Shown: in pieces, positions 63,474 to 64,000 of the stretch
How positions within the stretch are numbered: the stretch's first letter is position 1
How the letters are laid out: every line of letters begins with the position of its first letter
NCBI GenBank assembly: GCA_012842045.1
Contig: DUTP01000003.1
Span: 66,532 to 130,531 of the forward strand
Direction of reading: 5' to 3'
DNA length: 64,000 nucleotides
DNA from: Candidatus Dojkabacteria bacterium
GTDB lineage: Bacteria; Patescibacteriota; Dojkabacteria; SC72
Notes under the pieces: generated by a model
The model's database searches: none
Seen by the model: only the letters and a program-made list of their open reading frames with translations
What the model was told of the DNA's origin: nothing
Program-made: the position numbers and the translations under genes

Positions 63474-64000
63474 CTACCTCCCAACAATATACAACTCACT
63501 AACAGCCCTAGTAACACCTGTATACAACCATCTCCTCCACATATCATCATCCATCTTAGGAAACCTCTCTTCAAAGAGTATAACCTTCTCAGCTTGACTA
63601 CCCTGTGCCTTATGCACAGTTAAAGCATAACCAAAATCAAAAAGATCTATCTCTCTACCAATATTCCTCATAGTTTCTCTCTGACCAAACTGTTCAGCAG
63701 ACATACTCCCATGGAATAGGTTATCCTCTCCATCAAACTGTATATCAACATCATAGTATTCAAGCATATCTGCTAAATTCTTCTTCTCAATCGATTGAAC
63801 TGTACCTAACATACCGTTAAATATTCCTAACTCTGCATTGTTTCTTAGACATATAACTCTGTCTTCAATTTGAGGTTTTGGACTATCAAACTCTAAAAAT
63901 TGCCTAATCCCGTTATTTAACTTCACCCTAGTATGATTGTATCCTACCAGTACCATCATATTCTCATCATATCCAGACAACTTCTCTGAAAGAAACTCTT
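63474..64000 (-). CDS. RecD/TraA-like SF1 helicase, C-terminal part (gene continues beyond the window end)
   Basis: GYALTVHKAQGSQAEKVIL...LYTGVTRAVSELYIVG matches the UvrD_C_2/RecD-like C-terminal motifs. The ORF is open to the window edge. Confidence 0.6.
   Translation of the reverse strand, partial: EFLSEKLSGYDENMMVLVGYNHTRVKLNNGIRQFLEFDSPKPQIEDRVICLRNNAELGIFNGMLGTVQSIEKKNLADMLEYYDVDIQFDGEDNLFHGSMSAEQFGQRETMRNIGREIDLFDFGYALTVHKAQGSQAEKVILFEERFPKMDDDMWRRWLYTGVTRAVSELYIVGR

Noticed and set aside
1-64000. CRISPR arrays, rRNA genes, IS/transposase genes, integrase genes
   Set aside because: No tandem direct repeats with regular spacers were seen by eye. No 16S/23S/5S signatures. No DDE/serine/tyrosine recombinase motifs were found in any ORF. 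Absence is by visual inspection only.

Overview
This 64 kb window is AT-rich, densely coding bacterial chromosome. The gene content and protein style suggest a small-genome lineage; Patescibacteria/CPR-like is my inference, not something I could check here. Evidence for that: lysine-rich N-terminal extension on L21, E/K-rich C-terminal extension on L19, many secreted or TM-anchored hypothetical proteins, a reduced ftsQ-ftsA-ftsZ-ftsW division cluster, and dispersed single tRNAs.

Recognisable core genes: a GT4 glycosyltransferase; ftsQ/ftsA/ftsZ/ftsW; rplU-[RNA methyltransferase]-rpmA; a SpoU methyltransferase; parB/parA; lepB; gatB; rnhB; helD-like helicase; gpmI; rplS; dnaE; uvrC; uvrB; mutL; a DegT aminotransferase plus FemAB-like protein; lexA; the nrdR-nrdD-nrdG anaerobic RNR module; trxB; and map. 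I identified ten tRNAs by hand-folding: Phe-GAA, Gly-GCC, Glu-TTC, Leu-TAG, Thr-CGT, Gly-CCC, Lys-TTT, Gly-TCC, Gln-TTG and Pro-TGG. No rRNA, CRISPR array or IS/transposase was seen.

Most notable observations:
- nrdD carries a 319-aa intein with a LAGLIDADG-type homing-endonuclease region, inserted in the conserved GxQ(S/T)PFTN motif.
- nrdR has an NrdR-box-like palindrome immediately upstream of its own start codon.
- A roughly 3 kb islet of hypothetical genes lies between tRNA-Glu and gatB, with tRNA-Leu inside it. It contains a divergent pair of tandem paralogs, a ParB/Srx-like (DGxHR) protein, and two perfect CATATG-centred palindromes at promoter-proximal positions.
- A minus-strand operon (38786 down to 34132) encodes envelope and secreted proteins, including a 641-aa transglutaminase-like protein whose catalytic Cys appears substituted.
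- A Fic-fold protein has a degenerate catalytic motif.
- An RNHCP-domain gene overlaps the end of helD.
- The window's 3' end has a mobile-element flavour: a PD-(D/E)xK-like small protein, a sigma-70 region-2-only fragment, and the C-terminal part of a RecD/TraA-like helicase running off the window.

No single known defence or secretion system is recognisable. The candidate novel modules are flagged as inference.
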